Source: Gracilinanus agilis (taxonomy: Eukaryota). Taken from it: a DNA stretch of 64,000 nucleotides. The stretch is from positions 351,504,787 to 351,568,786 of the forward strand of contig NC_058130.1 of NCBI RefSeq assembly GCF_016433145.1, given 5' to 3'. The translations under genes and the position numbers were made by a program. The notes beneath the pieces are model-generated. The model was not told where the DNA came from and did not search any database. It saw nothing but the letters and a program-made list of their open reading frames with translations. This document shows positions 25,400 to 37,862 of this stretch, one piece after another. The stretch's first letter is position 1. Every line of letters begins with the position of its first letter.

Positions 25400-26790
25400 A
25401 GCCAAGTCTTCCTTCATAAATAAGCATGAAATGTTGCAAAGAGCCACTTGCACATAAGGATCACCATATTGAAAGGATGTTATTTTTCCAAAGTGCTTAT
25501 AGCACAATCATACACTACAATTTTTTTAAATCAGTCCTCAACTAATGGATATACCTTTGATTTCCAGTTCTTTGCTACCATAAAAAAAAGCTGCTATAAA
25601 TATTTTTGTACAAATAGGTCCTTTCCCTCTTTTTTTGATCTCTTTGAAGCACAAAACTTGTAGAGGTATTGCTGGGTCAAAAAGCATCCAAAGTCTTATA
25701 AGACTGTTGTGTGTGGTTCCAAATTGTTCTCCAGAATAGCTGGACCAATAGTGCATTAGTGTCCCAATTTTTCCATATCCCGTACTGCATTTGTCACTTT
25801 CCTTTTCTGTTATGTTAGCCAAATTCAGAGTTTTAATTTGCACTTCTCTAATTAGTAGTGATTATTTTTTCATGTGACTATTGATAGCTTTGATTTCTTC
25901 TGAAAAATATCTGTTCATATCTTTTGACCATACATCAACCAGGAAATGGCTCTTATTTTTATAAATCTGGCTCAATTCCCTATACATTTGAGAAATGAGT
26001 TTTTTATTAAAGAAGCTTGCTGTATATTCCCATCTTCCCCAGTTCCCTATTTTCTTCTTAATTTTGCTGCATTAGTTTTTTTTTTTTTAAACCCTTGTAC
26101 TTCGGTGTATTGTCTCATAAGTGGAAGATTGGTAAGGGTGGGCAATGGGGGTCAAGTGACTTGCCCAGGGTCACACAGCTGGGAAGTGGCTGAGGCCGGG
26201 TTTGAACCTAGGACCTCCTGTCTCTAGGCCTGGCTCTCACTCCATTGAGCTACCCAGCTGCCCCTGCTGCATTAGTTTTGATTGAGCAAAAGCTTTTTAA
26301 TTTCCTGTGATCAAATGATTGGTTTTACTTCCTGGGATACTCTCTATGCCTTTTTGGTCATAAATTCTTCTCTTGTTCATGAATCTGACAGGTACATATT
26401 TCCATTCTCCCCAAATCTGCTTATGCTATCACTTTTTTGGACTGAATCATTTACCCAACTTGACCTTATCTTGGTATGCCTGGTTTCTACTGAACTGCTT
26501 TCCAATTCTCCTAGTAATTTTTTTATCAAATGTTGAATTCAAAAGCATGGACCATTGAGTTTATTAAACATTAGATTTTTATGGTTATTTACTACTGCAT
26601 ATTATATACCTAATATATTCCACTGATCCACCACTCTCTTAGCCAATATCAGATTATATGGGCAAAATTACTGCTTGTAAGATAGCCTGAAATCTGGAAC
26701 TGTTAGGTGCCCTTCACTTTTTTTTTATTGATTCCTTTGACATTCTTGACTTTTTGTTCTTCCAAAGTAATTTTGTTGTTTATTTTAATT
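25400..26790 (-). mobile_element. Old L1 ORF2 3' part
   Basis: ORF 25538-25843 MQIKTLNLANITEKESDKCSTGYGKIGTLMH...FDPAIPL. Confidence 0.82.
26080..26264 (-). mobile_element. Young SINE1-like SINE
   Basis: TSD TGCTGCATTAGTTTT at 26065-26079 and 26265-26279. Confidence 0.95.
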
Positions 26791-28334
26791 TTTCAAAAGA
26801 TAAGTATTTGAGTAAAAAAAATCTAGTCACACAACCTTTCCTCTACTTTCTTAACTTTCTTTGAGACATTACCATCTCCTGAAACTGTATTAGATATGAT
26901 CTACTAGTAGTCTAAGTAGCTTTCAGCCAATGTACAGACAAGATCATGGTCATAATCATTATAATTGATTCGGCTTTTGGCAATAAATTCTGAATTGATA
27001 AAAAGTATTTACAGTTCCCATAAAATAACTGGAATATAGACTTTTATTTAAGCAGATACCACAGTGTTAGTGATGAAAGAATTAAGAGATATTCTAAAAA
27101 GCAAGAAAATAAGTTGAAGCCTACCTCTACCAAAAAAAAAAAAAAACATTGGCTTTCACAGAAGCCAATATGAAGAAAAAAATGTAATACTCCCTAGTGA
27201 GAATCTGATATGCACAAAAGTTATCTTGCCTCCTCTTGACTTCTGCACAGCTAACACCTGTTAGTCTGGAAAAGGTCCAGTGATACCCTGAAGTCAGACC
27301 GAGCATTTAAAGCAACAGATAGTTGTGGATTGGAAAAATTCGCTGAATGTTATCCCTCATTTCAGATTTGTTATTTTTTTTTCCTAATTTTCAAGTAGAA
27401 CTCCTATTCAAAACTGCTTAATCAGGACAGGCCAAATTTTAATGATTTCCTCTATGTGAAACAGAGTGAAGTTTAGGGAAATATGATGCTTTAGAGATAA
27501 CAAAATGATAATAGACTTGTTTCAAAGATTTTATACAATGATCCTGGTACCTTTTTTCTTTTGTGCAATAAGCAGTTAATGAATATAAAGTCAATCTAAA
27601 GCTATAAAATCTACTATTATGGAACTGATGAAAATGGCTGGGAGAACTAGTTCATTCTGAGAAACAATGAGTAAACCATTTCTACAGCTGCATTATCACT
27701 ATTCATTTATTCCCCAAAGAAGACAAAGCAAAGCATACAGGATGTTAAGATTATCAATCAGGAAAACCAAGTTGAATTCCCAAAACCAATAAAGCATAAA
27801 CTCACTTTCCATTCTTGGAATGGACATCTCCCACTGTCCACAAACTTCAATCTTTTCTGTCCTGAAAATTCTCTTTATAGAAAACTATATTTTATAGTCT
27901 CCTTTAACAAAGTGAGAAAAGGAAAGATCTATGGAATGTGTGCAAGATCCACGTCTCAGCTCAACAAGAATAGTGGAAATTGAAGCTTTTACTAACACCC
28001 TAATGTCTAATAGTCATCACATACTTAGGCCACTATGGTTGTTCCCTACCTCCCAACCCCTTTTTAAATCAAGGAAGTTATTGAGGCAGGAAAAAGTAAG
28101 CTCAGATAAAATAATCTGTTCAAGGACTTTGGAAGAAAAATGATCAGAATTCTCTTGTCTTTTGTTAGTTCAAGGCAGAAATCCACCTATTTCTACAGAA
28201 TCAGAGGGAAAAATATAACTTGTTGACTAATCACATCATTTCTATTGAAGTTGGTGGTGTGAGGCCTTAAAAAAGATGATTAAACTTGCAGTCATTTGGC
28301 ATGGGTACAAAGTCCCATTCTGGCACTTATTACT

Positions 28335-29450
28335 ACTTATATGATTCAAGTTTGATCTGGATATCCCAAAGGCATCTCAAACTAAACCTGTCCAAAATGT
28401 CTCATTTTTCCTCCTCAATTATACTCTTTTATTTCATTTTATTTTACAAACCCTTACCTTCTGACTTGCAGTCAATACTGTGTTTTGGCTCCAAGGAAGA
28501 AGAGTGGTAAAGGTGGGCAATGGGGGGGTGTGTGTCAAGTGACTTGCCCAGGGTCACACATCTGGGAAGTGTCTGAGGCCAGATTTGAACCTAGGACCCT
28601 CCTGTCTCTAGGCCTGGCTCTCAACCCACTGAGCCACCCATATGCCTCAAACATACTCTTTTAAAGAACTTCCCTATTACTGTTGAGGTCAAAACAATTT
28701 TTTAGTTACTCAGGTTTGCAACTTTGGTATCAGCCTTGGTTCTTCACTCTCACTAAACCCATATCTTTGAATAACTGCCAAATCTTACAGTTTCTCTCAA
28801 TATGGTATCCCCTAGATATGCTCTGTTCTCTTTACTCATGGGGCCTGTGCCCTAGCTTTATACTATCATGTTTTATCCAAAAATGTAATATCCTTTTATT
28901 TGCTTTCTCTGTTTCAAGTCTCTCTCTACTCCAACTCATCTACCAAAGGGATTTTCCTGAAGCACAGATCTAAACATGTTACTCCACCACTGAATAAACT
29001 CTAGGGGCTTCTTAGTGCCTTGAAGGTCAAATTTAAACTGTTTATTTAAACCTTCCCAGTCTTCTTACTCATTTTTCTCCTTCATGCAGTTTACAGTTCA
29101 GTCATATGCTGTTTATTATGTGTAATGATTCTGTTCCTATTTTTATGACTTTGCACAGGCTGTCTCTCATTTCTGGAATCTTCCATACCTCTAACTTCCA
29201 GAATCTCTAGGTTCCTTCAAGATTCAGCTTAAGTCTCACTTCCTACAGGATGCCTTTCCCATTCCCACCAGCTTCTAGTGCCTTCATCACAAGAATACCC
29301 ATCATTTGTGTCATATATACTTACTTACAAACACACTATCTTTATTTTTGGGAGAGGGGATTGTTTTTTCTTTTTTCTTTTTTTCTTATTCTCAGCCCTT
29401 AGTACAATGCCTGGCAGACAGTAGGCACTTAATACTTGATTGATGGATGA
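28335..29450 (+). mobile_element. Decayed L2 3' region
   Basis: ggcatctcaaactaaacctgtccaaaat..., cttagtacaatgcctggcagacagtaggcacttaata L2 terminus. Confidence 0.75.
28435..28650 (-). mobile_element. SINE1-like SINE within L2
   Basis: Antisense SINE flanked by an atactctttta repeat. Confidence 0.9.
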
Positions 29451-30049
29451 GGATCAATCCAATCAAATGAGGATGCTGATAACCTCAAATGGTCCCCTCC
29501 AGGACTAAATCTGCGATTTTCAATATGTTAAATTACAATCTTATGTTCTAACTGGACTCTTCAGTTCACATACTTTTCAATGTAACTCCATTAGTCAGCA
29601 CTATTTCTAACTTATACATTTTAGAGACTTAATAAATATTTGTTTTTAGTTACATTCCCACAAGAGAAAATGAGTGGTGGCTAGTATTGAAGATCTATAA
29701 ATGCTAAAGGGAGCAGTTCAAGTGGTGGCAAATGTTTTTAAAAAAATATGTGAATAACAAATCACAAGGGTGAACAGAAAGTGTAAATTATGTGAAATGT
29801 GACCATGTGAAAAATTTAGTCTTCCCTGCCCTATGTTAAAGGGAACTTTGTTCTTGCCTCCTATTGTTAAGAAGCTGTAGCCATTAGGAGTATTCTGGTA
29901 GAGAACTGAGGGTATGTGAAATGTGTTTTAGGTGACTCAGGGTATCTAAACATCTAGGATGATTTTTCATTCTTCCTATGCTGTAACTTGCTCAGATGTG
30001 GAAATGATAGGAAAGGTACTAGAGGTCTTACTTTAGAAACCTGTAGTCA

Positions 30050-31290
30050 TCAGAATCACTTGCTTAACAAATTTAACCAACGAAGAGTTATTGATTGCCT
30101 GTTTAACTATTCTATGTTAAGTGCTCTGTGGAATACAAAGAATTATGTGACATAGTCTCTATTTGCAGGTAGCTTGTAGTTTAGTTAGAGAAAATTCTCT
30201 ACTGAACATGTGTTAAATAACACCAATAAATTTAACATAAGAAAAATAATTATTAATTAATAAGGACAATAATACAAAATATATCAGGCAGTACATGATT
30301 AATTGCCATGAAAGGGGCATGAGCAGTCAAAGAAGGAAAAGAGAGATCACTATTGAGTAGAGTGGCCTGGGAAAGTTTGATGGAGAAGGGATCTGACTTG
30401 GATATTCAAGAATGGGGAGGATTTTTTGGCTAGATAGAGTAGAGGGATTCCTTCCTCATCTGTAGAATGAGGAAGTTGGATTGGCAGGTTTCAGAGCTCT
30501 AGATCCTGAGAATCATAGTTTTACCTTAAAGTTAAAAAGTTATTTAGAGTCTGTCTGTGCTCAAAAGTGTTCTTTGAGGACAAGGGTGGAAGTTGTAGAG
30601 GGTCATTGCTGCTAAATGCAAGGCAAAAATTCTAATAATTAGAATTACCCCAAAGTGAACGGGGCTGCCGCAGGAAGCAATGAAGAATATTTCCTATGAC
30701 TGGAGATCTTTAAGAAAAGGCTGGATTATTACTGGTGATATGTGTTGTAAAAGGTTTCTTATTCAGGTAAGAGTACTAGATGGTCCCTGAGGTCCCCTAT
30801 CCTACTCTGAGATATATCTGCAAGAAAAGTTTTCTAGGCAGGGGAAATAACAGTCAAAGGTTCAGAAGCAAATAGTGGGGTGGAAAAGGAAGGGTGAGGG
30901 AATGAGATGAGAGGAACTATAGGGCAGTTAATGATTCTTCAGATACTTTGAAATCTGGTTATGAAAGGCTATAAGGCCATGCATTTTATCTTGTAGGTAA
31001 CAGGGATCTAATGAGGGTGTTATTTAAAAAAAAATCAGAAGAGTAACATAATCAAAGAAATGCTTTAATAATATTATTTTGTATGGAACTTGCAACGGGC
31101 AGAACCTGAAGGCAAAAAGACTAGTTAGGAAACTAAAGTACTTCAAATGTGAAATAAAGATGTGGAAAGAAAGATGGGTAGTATTACAGAAAGTATGTCC
31201 AAGTTTTGTTAAGAAATGGTAGGTATTAAATAAAGTTGAATTCAACTTAGTATTAGATATGCCCATCTTAAGAAAGGTTCATGGTTTACA
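30050..31290 (-). mobile_element. Decayed L2 (antisense), with a small MIR piece
   Basis: aacaaatttaaccaacgaagagttattgattgcc... L2 terminus and further purine-rich L2-like blocks. Confidence 0.55.
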
Positions 31291-31450
31291 ATGATACTAA
31301 AGAGAAAGATATGAAAATAAAATCCTGTTATGACTTTTAATATTACAGTAAGGAAACTGCTATAGGTCACTATTGAAAAAATAATATGGATAGATGGTGT
31401 TATCCATTATAGGAACACTTAGTGGGCTGTCTATAAAAATCTCAGTTCCC

Positions 31451-32202
31451 TGTGATGAAGGGAAGGCAAAGTGAAGCTTCCTTCACTGGGCCGGTGCACA
31501 CAAATCTTAGAGACTGATTTGCAGAAAAGTAACTTTGTTTATTTAGCAATCAAGAGTAAACTATGAGGATTGAAACGCAAGGATGCCTTGACTCTAATTG
31601 CTATACTTTTCCCCAGCTAATCTAAGTCCCTCTCATTAAAGATGCTTCTGGTCTTCAGGCTACACTATTTCCTTTCTGACTTTAGCTAATTCCCTACTAA
31701 ACCTTTTCTAAGCTACCTGACTACAATCCTCAGTTGTTGGTTTAGTTAGTTATCTTGGATGTTGTCTCCAAAAATTGCTAAGAATGAACCCAAGATGGCT
31801 GAGTTCAATCAGAGCTGAGTATGGCTCTGAGGTAACCCCTCAGAGCCCACCAAGCAGGATTTCCAGGTAAAACTTTCTTTTAGGCAATGTTAGTAAACCA
31901 GTAGGTATAGTTAGATCTTATGAACAATGTTCTCTTCAGTGAAACAGGTACCTCCAAAAGCCATTTACGGGTTTCTTCTCCCACAACAGGTTGAGGTAGG
32001 AAAACTCAGGAAAGCAGTTTTCCTTTCCCAGCAAAGGACAGGAAGCACCAGTTGCTCACTCAACCAGTTTCCTCCAGCTCCTTATACATTCTGAGATCCT
32101 TTCCAGGATTCTTGGAATGGGCTCATGCTAGTAACTCTGGAGACAGCATCCACTATCCACTCTTATCAAAGTTTATCTATAATTCTACCTTAATACTATA
32201 CA
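31451..32202 (-). mobile_element. Probable solo LTR
   Basis: TG...CA-bounded block with LTR-like composition; TTTATT (antisense AATAAA) at about 31538. No TSD found and boundaries are uncertain. Confidence 0.45.
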
Positions 32203-33354
32203 CAAAGGATATGATTTCACCTCAAGTATGATCATAACAAGTGTTTTTTTGTTGTTATTGGTCTCTTTTCTAGTTACATATGCCCTTCATTGAGGCTATG
32301 TGCAGGATGAACTTGATAGGGGAAGAAATCAGAGGCAGATATGTAGAACTGACGTACAATACCACTATTCTAGTTTAATACTTCTTTTGGATAAATCATC
32401 ACTAGTAATATGATGTAGCCTGATTATAACCATCATGTGTCTTTGAGTCACCTGAAATTTTCAATCTCCTTCTATACTGCCCTTCTACAGCTCCCTAAAG
32501 ATGAAAGACAGTGCTCTGCAAGGTTTAACTTTATCAGCTCTGGAGGCTTTTGCTATCATGATTGGTGAATGCCTCAACCTTGCCCATTACATCTCTTTGG
32601 CCTTGGTAATGTCTCACTTTAACTCTAGCCATTATTTTGCCTGCCATCACATGTATATATCATCCTTCCTCTCAAACCTACCAGCTCTGTAACCACAATA
32701 AAATCAATACTGCCATTCTTAGTAGAAAGAGTATGCCAATCTACCCTTCTATGGCTACAATCAACTCTTATTACTTTCCCAATCAAAATACTCCTCTTAG
32801 GCTGCCTCTTCTTATTAGAATATAATGACTGATAGTAAGTATTTAATAAATGCTCATTCATCATTCATTCATTCATTTCATTCATTGATAGATTTATGTG
32901 ATATGATTTGCAGCCACCCAGCATTATTGGGAAAATATCATTGTAAGAAAGATGGACTTGGAAGCAGCTTAAGATTGTTATGTGCTAAAAAATTTCCCAA
33001 ATGAACACATTCTGCTCTCCTCCTCCTATTCGATTTTGGGCCCAGTTTACTGTCCATCTGCAGTTCTTGTCTAAGATAAACACACAGAAGGATTAACTCA
33101 CGACATTGTCTATCCAAGTTCATGTCATAATCTAGGCAATACATATTCTTTATCCACTTGTTTTTTCTATGTTGTTATGAGCCTGATCTTTTCTGAATGG
33201 TGACAGATTTCATGAGGAAACTTTCTGGTATTTATTCTAGGTCTTGACATAATAAACACACCTTCATCTAAAAATAGAAGAAAATAAAGAATCTGATGAT
33301 CTATAGGTTCCTCTCTTATGTGGACTTTGTGCAAGAATCCCTAAGGGAGTAGTG

Positions 33355-33356
<2 letters not shown>

Positions 33357-33402
<46 letters not shown>
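33357..33402. repeat. (AC)23 microsatellite
   Basis: Direct count. Confidence 0.97.
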
Positions 33403-33406
<4 letters not shown>

Positions 33407-33459
33407 TTCGGAGGCACATCCCCACTCAGTGAAGGTTATCCTTGGAAAAAGCTAATGAT

Positions 33460-33680
33460 TATACAAGGTTTTAAGGTTTGACAAGTACTTTACATATGTT
33501 ATTTCACTTGATTCTCACAGTAACTTTATGAAGTAAGAACTATTATTATACCCATTTTATAGATGAGAAAAATGAGGTTGAAGGAGGGTAAGTGATTTGC
33601 CCAGATTCAAATATCCAATAAATGTCTGATGTGGGATTCAAATTCAGGTCTTCCTGACTTGAAGTTCTATCTACTACATT
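33460..33680 (-). mobile_element. MIR SINE
   Basis: tttaaggtttgacaagtactttacat...cccattttatagatgagaaaaatgagg...ggattcaaattcaggtcttcctgact. Confidence 0.8.
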
Positions 33681-35924
33681 GCCTCCCTATATTGTTACCT
33701 AATTGTTTTTTCCTTTGTGAAATCTGTCTTCCCAGGTGGTCCATGAACTTCTCATATAAGCCTTTATGAGAATGATTTATGTATCTTTTAAGGATATCCT
33801 TAGTGAAAACATAGGTAAGAAGACTATCTTCTAATTGTACAATGATTTCCATAGTGGTACAATGTGGGAGTCCTAGTGACATTAAAAAATCCATACTCTA
33901 ACAAAGGACGGTAGTATAAGCTGCCATAAACATTTGGGTGAACGACAGGTAGTGGTGAGTCATATGAAGCAAGTCTTAGAGCACAGAATGATAAGAAAAA
34001 GGTTACAACCCTTCCAAATCCATAACCATTCCAAAATAGCAAATGAGATATAATTTGTGGATATTGAGGATGAAGGGCCAGGCTAGAATAACTGTAGGAA
34101 TACCAGATTATACTAACTGATTCAGAAGATCTGAGAGAGAGCTTTATTTGAATTCCCTTAACTGTCCCTTAAATATGATGGGCCAAGTCCTTAGATGAAC
34201 TAGGCCAATCTTTAGGCCTGCTTTAAGAAAGAATCACAGCCCTGGAATCTCTACGAAGTGCCAAGGGAAAAGGTGTCTTTTCTGTTAGTGAATCTCTGGA
34301 TCTTAGAGCTGGAATGAGCCTTAGTGATAATTTAGACTGCCTCTTTACTTAATAGTTGAGGGAAGTGAGGCCTAGAAGTTAGATTTGCTTGAAGTCAGGC
34401 AAAAGCTGGGACTGGATGCCAGGTCTTCTGACTTCATTTGATGTCAACCTAGTAAATTTATATTGGCTGTTCTGCCACCTCCACTCTTACTACTGGAGTT
34501 TATGTTCTGTAGCCCATCCTATTATTCCTGCTTGGCAGTGGAATTTTTTACTGAGGTGGAAACAAAAATTAAAATGAAACGTTTGGTTTTTGTCATAGCA
34601 CATGTTGCAAAATACAATTCTCTCCCACAGAAAGTTATACTAAATAGTACATATAAAAGATAAATGTTTAATGCTCTGCCAGTGTTTGCAATGGGATATG
34701 GCCATGCCCTATAATAATATCTTATGTTGTGATTTGAGCCCATTCAGGACTTAATATTCTTTTTCCATGTGAACTGTTAAGCCTCAGTGATCAGGGTGAT
34801 GTGGCACACTCTCTTCAATTTCTGGTACTTGTTACTTCTAAAAAATTATATATAATAATAAGCACAAGATTAGTATGTTAACTCTAATGAAAGGCTTTAA
34901 GATTTCTCAGTGCCAAATCCAAAATATTGGCACTAGTGCTCTACCCTAGTTAGGCCCTCCAAACTTCTGGCACAGATAAGTTGGTTGACAGGCAAATATA
35001 GCTGACTGCAGAAAAAGAAAAAATGCAAGGTATAGTAGTAAAATGTGAGAAACCAGGCTACAGGTGGAGAAGTTGTCACAAAATATAGAAAAAGTCATAG
35101 TTCTATCTCAGAACAGAAGTGGCATATATATAGTATACTAGCTATACTAATTTATCTATAAAGCACCAAGAAGAGAGGTGTGTGGTTAACAGAAGGAAAA
35201 CAACAATTTATTTCTATTTTTCAAATATTTGTCCCAGGCGTGTTCTCTTTCTCTAATGAATTTCGTTGATTATTGTCTATGATCCTAACCTAACTTAAGG
35301 CAAATCTTTAAAATTATATTTGCTTTGGGCAATTTCTCAAATTCAAGTGTTTTTGTAATTCTTATTATATACTTCTAATATAAGTTTTACAAAGGAGAAA
35401 GCTGAGCTGGTCTTTGACAAAGAATATAAATGTATAGACCTAACTATATACTTAATTATTTTATAATGGGAATTTAAAATTTTTTATTTCCTTTTACTAA
35501 ATTTTAATTTGGGGCTCAGGACCATTTCTCCTGCAACTCTTGGTTAACTGAAAGCCAGTCTTCTGTTAATATTAACCTCACCTGACCAAATCCTGTCCCA
35601 AAGGTATGAAAATTTAACTAAGGTTTTAAATATTCCTTAGATAAGAAGCCAAAGGAAGAATCTCAATTGTCCCTGACTCCTTGGTGACATATAAATCTTC
35701 TCTTTCAATCAGCCTATTTGTGAACCCTATTAAGTATAGTCTGGAAACTGACTTAATTTTCCCTAAAAGTCTGTTAAACTAGGTTTGTTTATGTTTGAGA
35801 GTATGACTTTGTTTAACTGTTTGTTCAGCTCTTTATGACACTGAAGGAAACATGGAATGATTTCTGTACCTTTCATAGCCTAAGAAGAATATACAAGATT
35901 TTAATATGTAAAAAAATTATTTCT

Positions 35925-36070
35925 CATGTTTTGAACAATGATACATGTATAATCTAGTGGAACAGCTTGTCAGCTTTGGAAGGGGGGAGGAAAAATGGTG
36001 GTGGGAATCATGAATCATGTAACCATGGAAAAATATTCTAAGTAAAAAATTTTTAATTTAATTAAAAAAT
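35925..36070 (+). mobile_element. Short L1 3' end
   Basis: catgtataatctagtgg...catgaatcatgtaaccatggaaaaata followed by an A-rich tail. Confidence 0.75.
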
Positions 36071-37650
36071 TATTTTTCTGTCACTCTGCTGCCATTTTAC
36101 TGTAAAAGGCTTTTTGCTTTTGCTGTAAAAGGCCTTGTTAGAATACTAATGCTTGCATTGTTTGCTCTGAGGCCTGAAATTATCTTTACTTCAGCATAAT
36201 AATAAAATCTAGGTTTTTAACTCTATAATTTCTGCATTGTAGTAAATACATTTTGGCACCATTTATCTACCACATGAACTCAGAGAAGAGATATTTCTCC
36301 CATAACAATTTCAACACAGATTTAGGCTATAAACTTTCAGGTTAAATGTAAATTTAATAATATGGAAATAAATCTTGGATCAAACAACATAGTAATTGGT
36401 TAAGAATATCATTGGATTGGAGCCCTTTCTATCATCTTTCAATTGTTTTCTTCCTAAATTTTTTTCTTTTTCTGTATGGGCAACATGATACTATGAGTAA
36501 CTATGTCAACTGGCAAGAAATGAATTGTCAGATAGGTAAGCATTAGAAAATTCTGTGGAGACAATTAAATATATGTTACCACCTAGTTTATGATAAAATG
36601 AAAAACATGAAAACAATGTCTTGTGACTAAATGTAAGATTTTTCATAATTCTGGAGGTGTCTGAATGTTTTCCATTATTTTGTTTCTTCCTATGCTTGAT
36701 GCTAGATATTTATACTAAAAGGATCTGAAATCTTTGAATGGCTTTGCAGGGGTGCTGCACAGAAATTGCTTGGGACTAACAATCACCTACACCTCATGAC
36801 TCATTCATGCAATGAGCTCTTACTCTATCACCCTTCAGGTTGGTGGGGTCTGAGATAAAAAAATAATCAAGTAAATGAAGGAAAAGGTGAATTCTTTTCA
36901 CAAACTTTTAGAATGATAATCAAAACAGTATGGCTTAAAAATGAATATTTTCCTTCAAAGTCTCTTCTGGTTGCTAAATTCTATTTTATTTTTTTGTGTT
37001 CCTTTATAGGAGACTTAGTATGCTATGAACTGCTGAATGACACTGGATATTCCCTAATATCCACTGTCGGAAATGCCCATTTTGTTGTGTAAGGAGCAGG
37101 TGGCTTTCTTTTTTAAAAAGCTCTCCAATTTGCTGTCAGACACAACCTCAGAGACTTTTCAGGGCTAACCCAGCTTTATCTGACCAAACACAAACTGGCA
37201 TGTGGACTTCATCCACATAGTCATATGAGTCCCTTGGCTGTAGCCTTCTGACATGTGTCTAATCAGTTTTGTAAATTCCAAACTCAGGGAAGGACTCTCT
37301 AGTCATTCCAGTATGTGACACAGTGGGGCTCAAGAGAAGAGTGGCAATGAGTCCTAACACAGCTGCTTGACAGTCCACTGCCAGTCACTGCCACCAAATA
37401 TTGGCAGCATCTTTCCCAAGAAATAATCTTGGAAGTTTTTTACTTAAAATTTTCTATCATGTGCTTCTGCTTAGATATCTTAATAACACTTCCTCAAATG
37501 CCTTGTTACACAGTGAAATCTGGTAATAATTATCAAGCACCATACACACTGTTTACAATAGAATCATATTTCTTTTTCTTCTTCTTCTCCTCTGGACTCT
37601 CTTTTTTTCTTGCTAAAAAAGTAGAATGTTGCTGAATAGTACCCAAATGT

Positions 37651-37862
37651 NNNNNNNNNNNNNNNNNNNNNNNNNNNNNNNNNNNNNNNNNNNNNNNNNN
37701 NNNNNNNNNNNNNNNNNNNNNNNNNNNNNNNNNNNNNNNNNNNNNNNNNNNNNNNNNNNNNNNNNNNNNNNNNNNNNNNNNNNNNNNNNNNNNNNNNNNN
37801 NNNNNNNNNNNNNNNNNNNNNNNNNNNNNNNNNNNNNNNNNNNNNNNNNNNNNNNNNNNNNN
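37651..37862. other. Assembly gap (212 N)
   Basis: Run of N. Confidence 1.

Noticed and set aside
33667-34042. Two protein-looking minus-strand ORFs (MDFLMSLGLPH...; MLFWNGYGFG...)
   Set aside because: I recognise no family, splice context or poly(A)/TSD. A BLASTX would be needed to exclude a decayed pseudogene.
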